Below are positions 64,000-64,000 of a stretch of DNA of 64,000 bases, in pieces (the stretch's first letter is position 1; every line of letters begins with the position of its first letter). Source of the stretch: an uncultured cyanobacterium. GTDB lineage: Bacteria; Cyanobacteriota; Cyanobacteriia; Cyanobacteriales; CAWUOF01. The notes beneath the pieces were generated by a model that had not been told where the DNA came from, did no database searches, and was given only the letters and a program-made list of their open reading frames with translations. The translations under genes were made by a program, and so were the position numbers. Location: contig CAVUSO010000001.1 of NCBI GenBank assembly GCA_963744145.1, forward strand, positions 2,208,001-2,272,000. Direction: 5' to 3'.

Positions 64000-64000
64000 T

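Overview
Chromosomal window from a cyanobacterium, probably a filamentous one (frequent HIP1 GCGATCGC; psaD, petH, prk, ftrC, psb34, crr7). It opens with a CBS-PAS-GGDEF-EAL protein and a convergent hybrid histidine kinase. Next come two different complete Tn5-like IS4 elements, both inserted into one short palindromic repeat. Housekeeping genes (trpE, psaD, argB, aroK, lptAB, petH, prk) are interspersed with a SusB-type sucrose synthase plus GH65-phosphorylase/beta-PGM fusion and a cysK/Rrf2/cysE/Crp sulfur cluster. An accessory patch at about 33-43 kb holds DUF29, duplicated Uma2 nucleases, MITEs/REPs, an RcaD-like protein with two paralogous AAA+ ATPases, and a non-autonomous IS200/IS605 element. 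A Wsp-type chemosensory operon follows, with a WspR-like receiver fused to an adenylate cyclase and an in-frame nonsense codon in wspF/cheB. The window ends with an SPFH protein, a Dda/RecD-like helicase and a partial RTX-type adhesin. Best candidates for undescribed systems: the RcaD + twin-ATPase operon, the cAMP-output Wsp pathway, and a possible CysK-binding hub that includes a Crp regulator. No CRISPR array, tRNA or rRNA was seen. All family assignments are from motif recognition by eye, not database searches.
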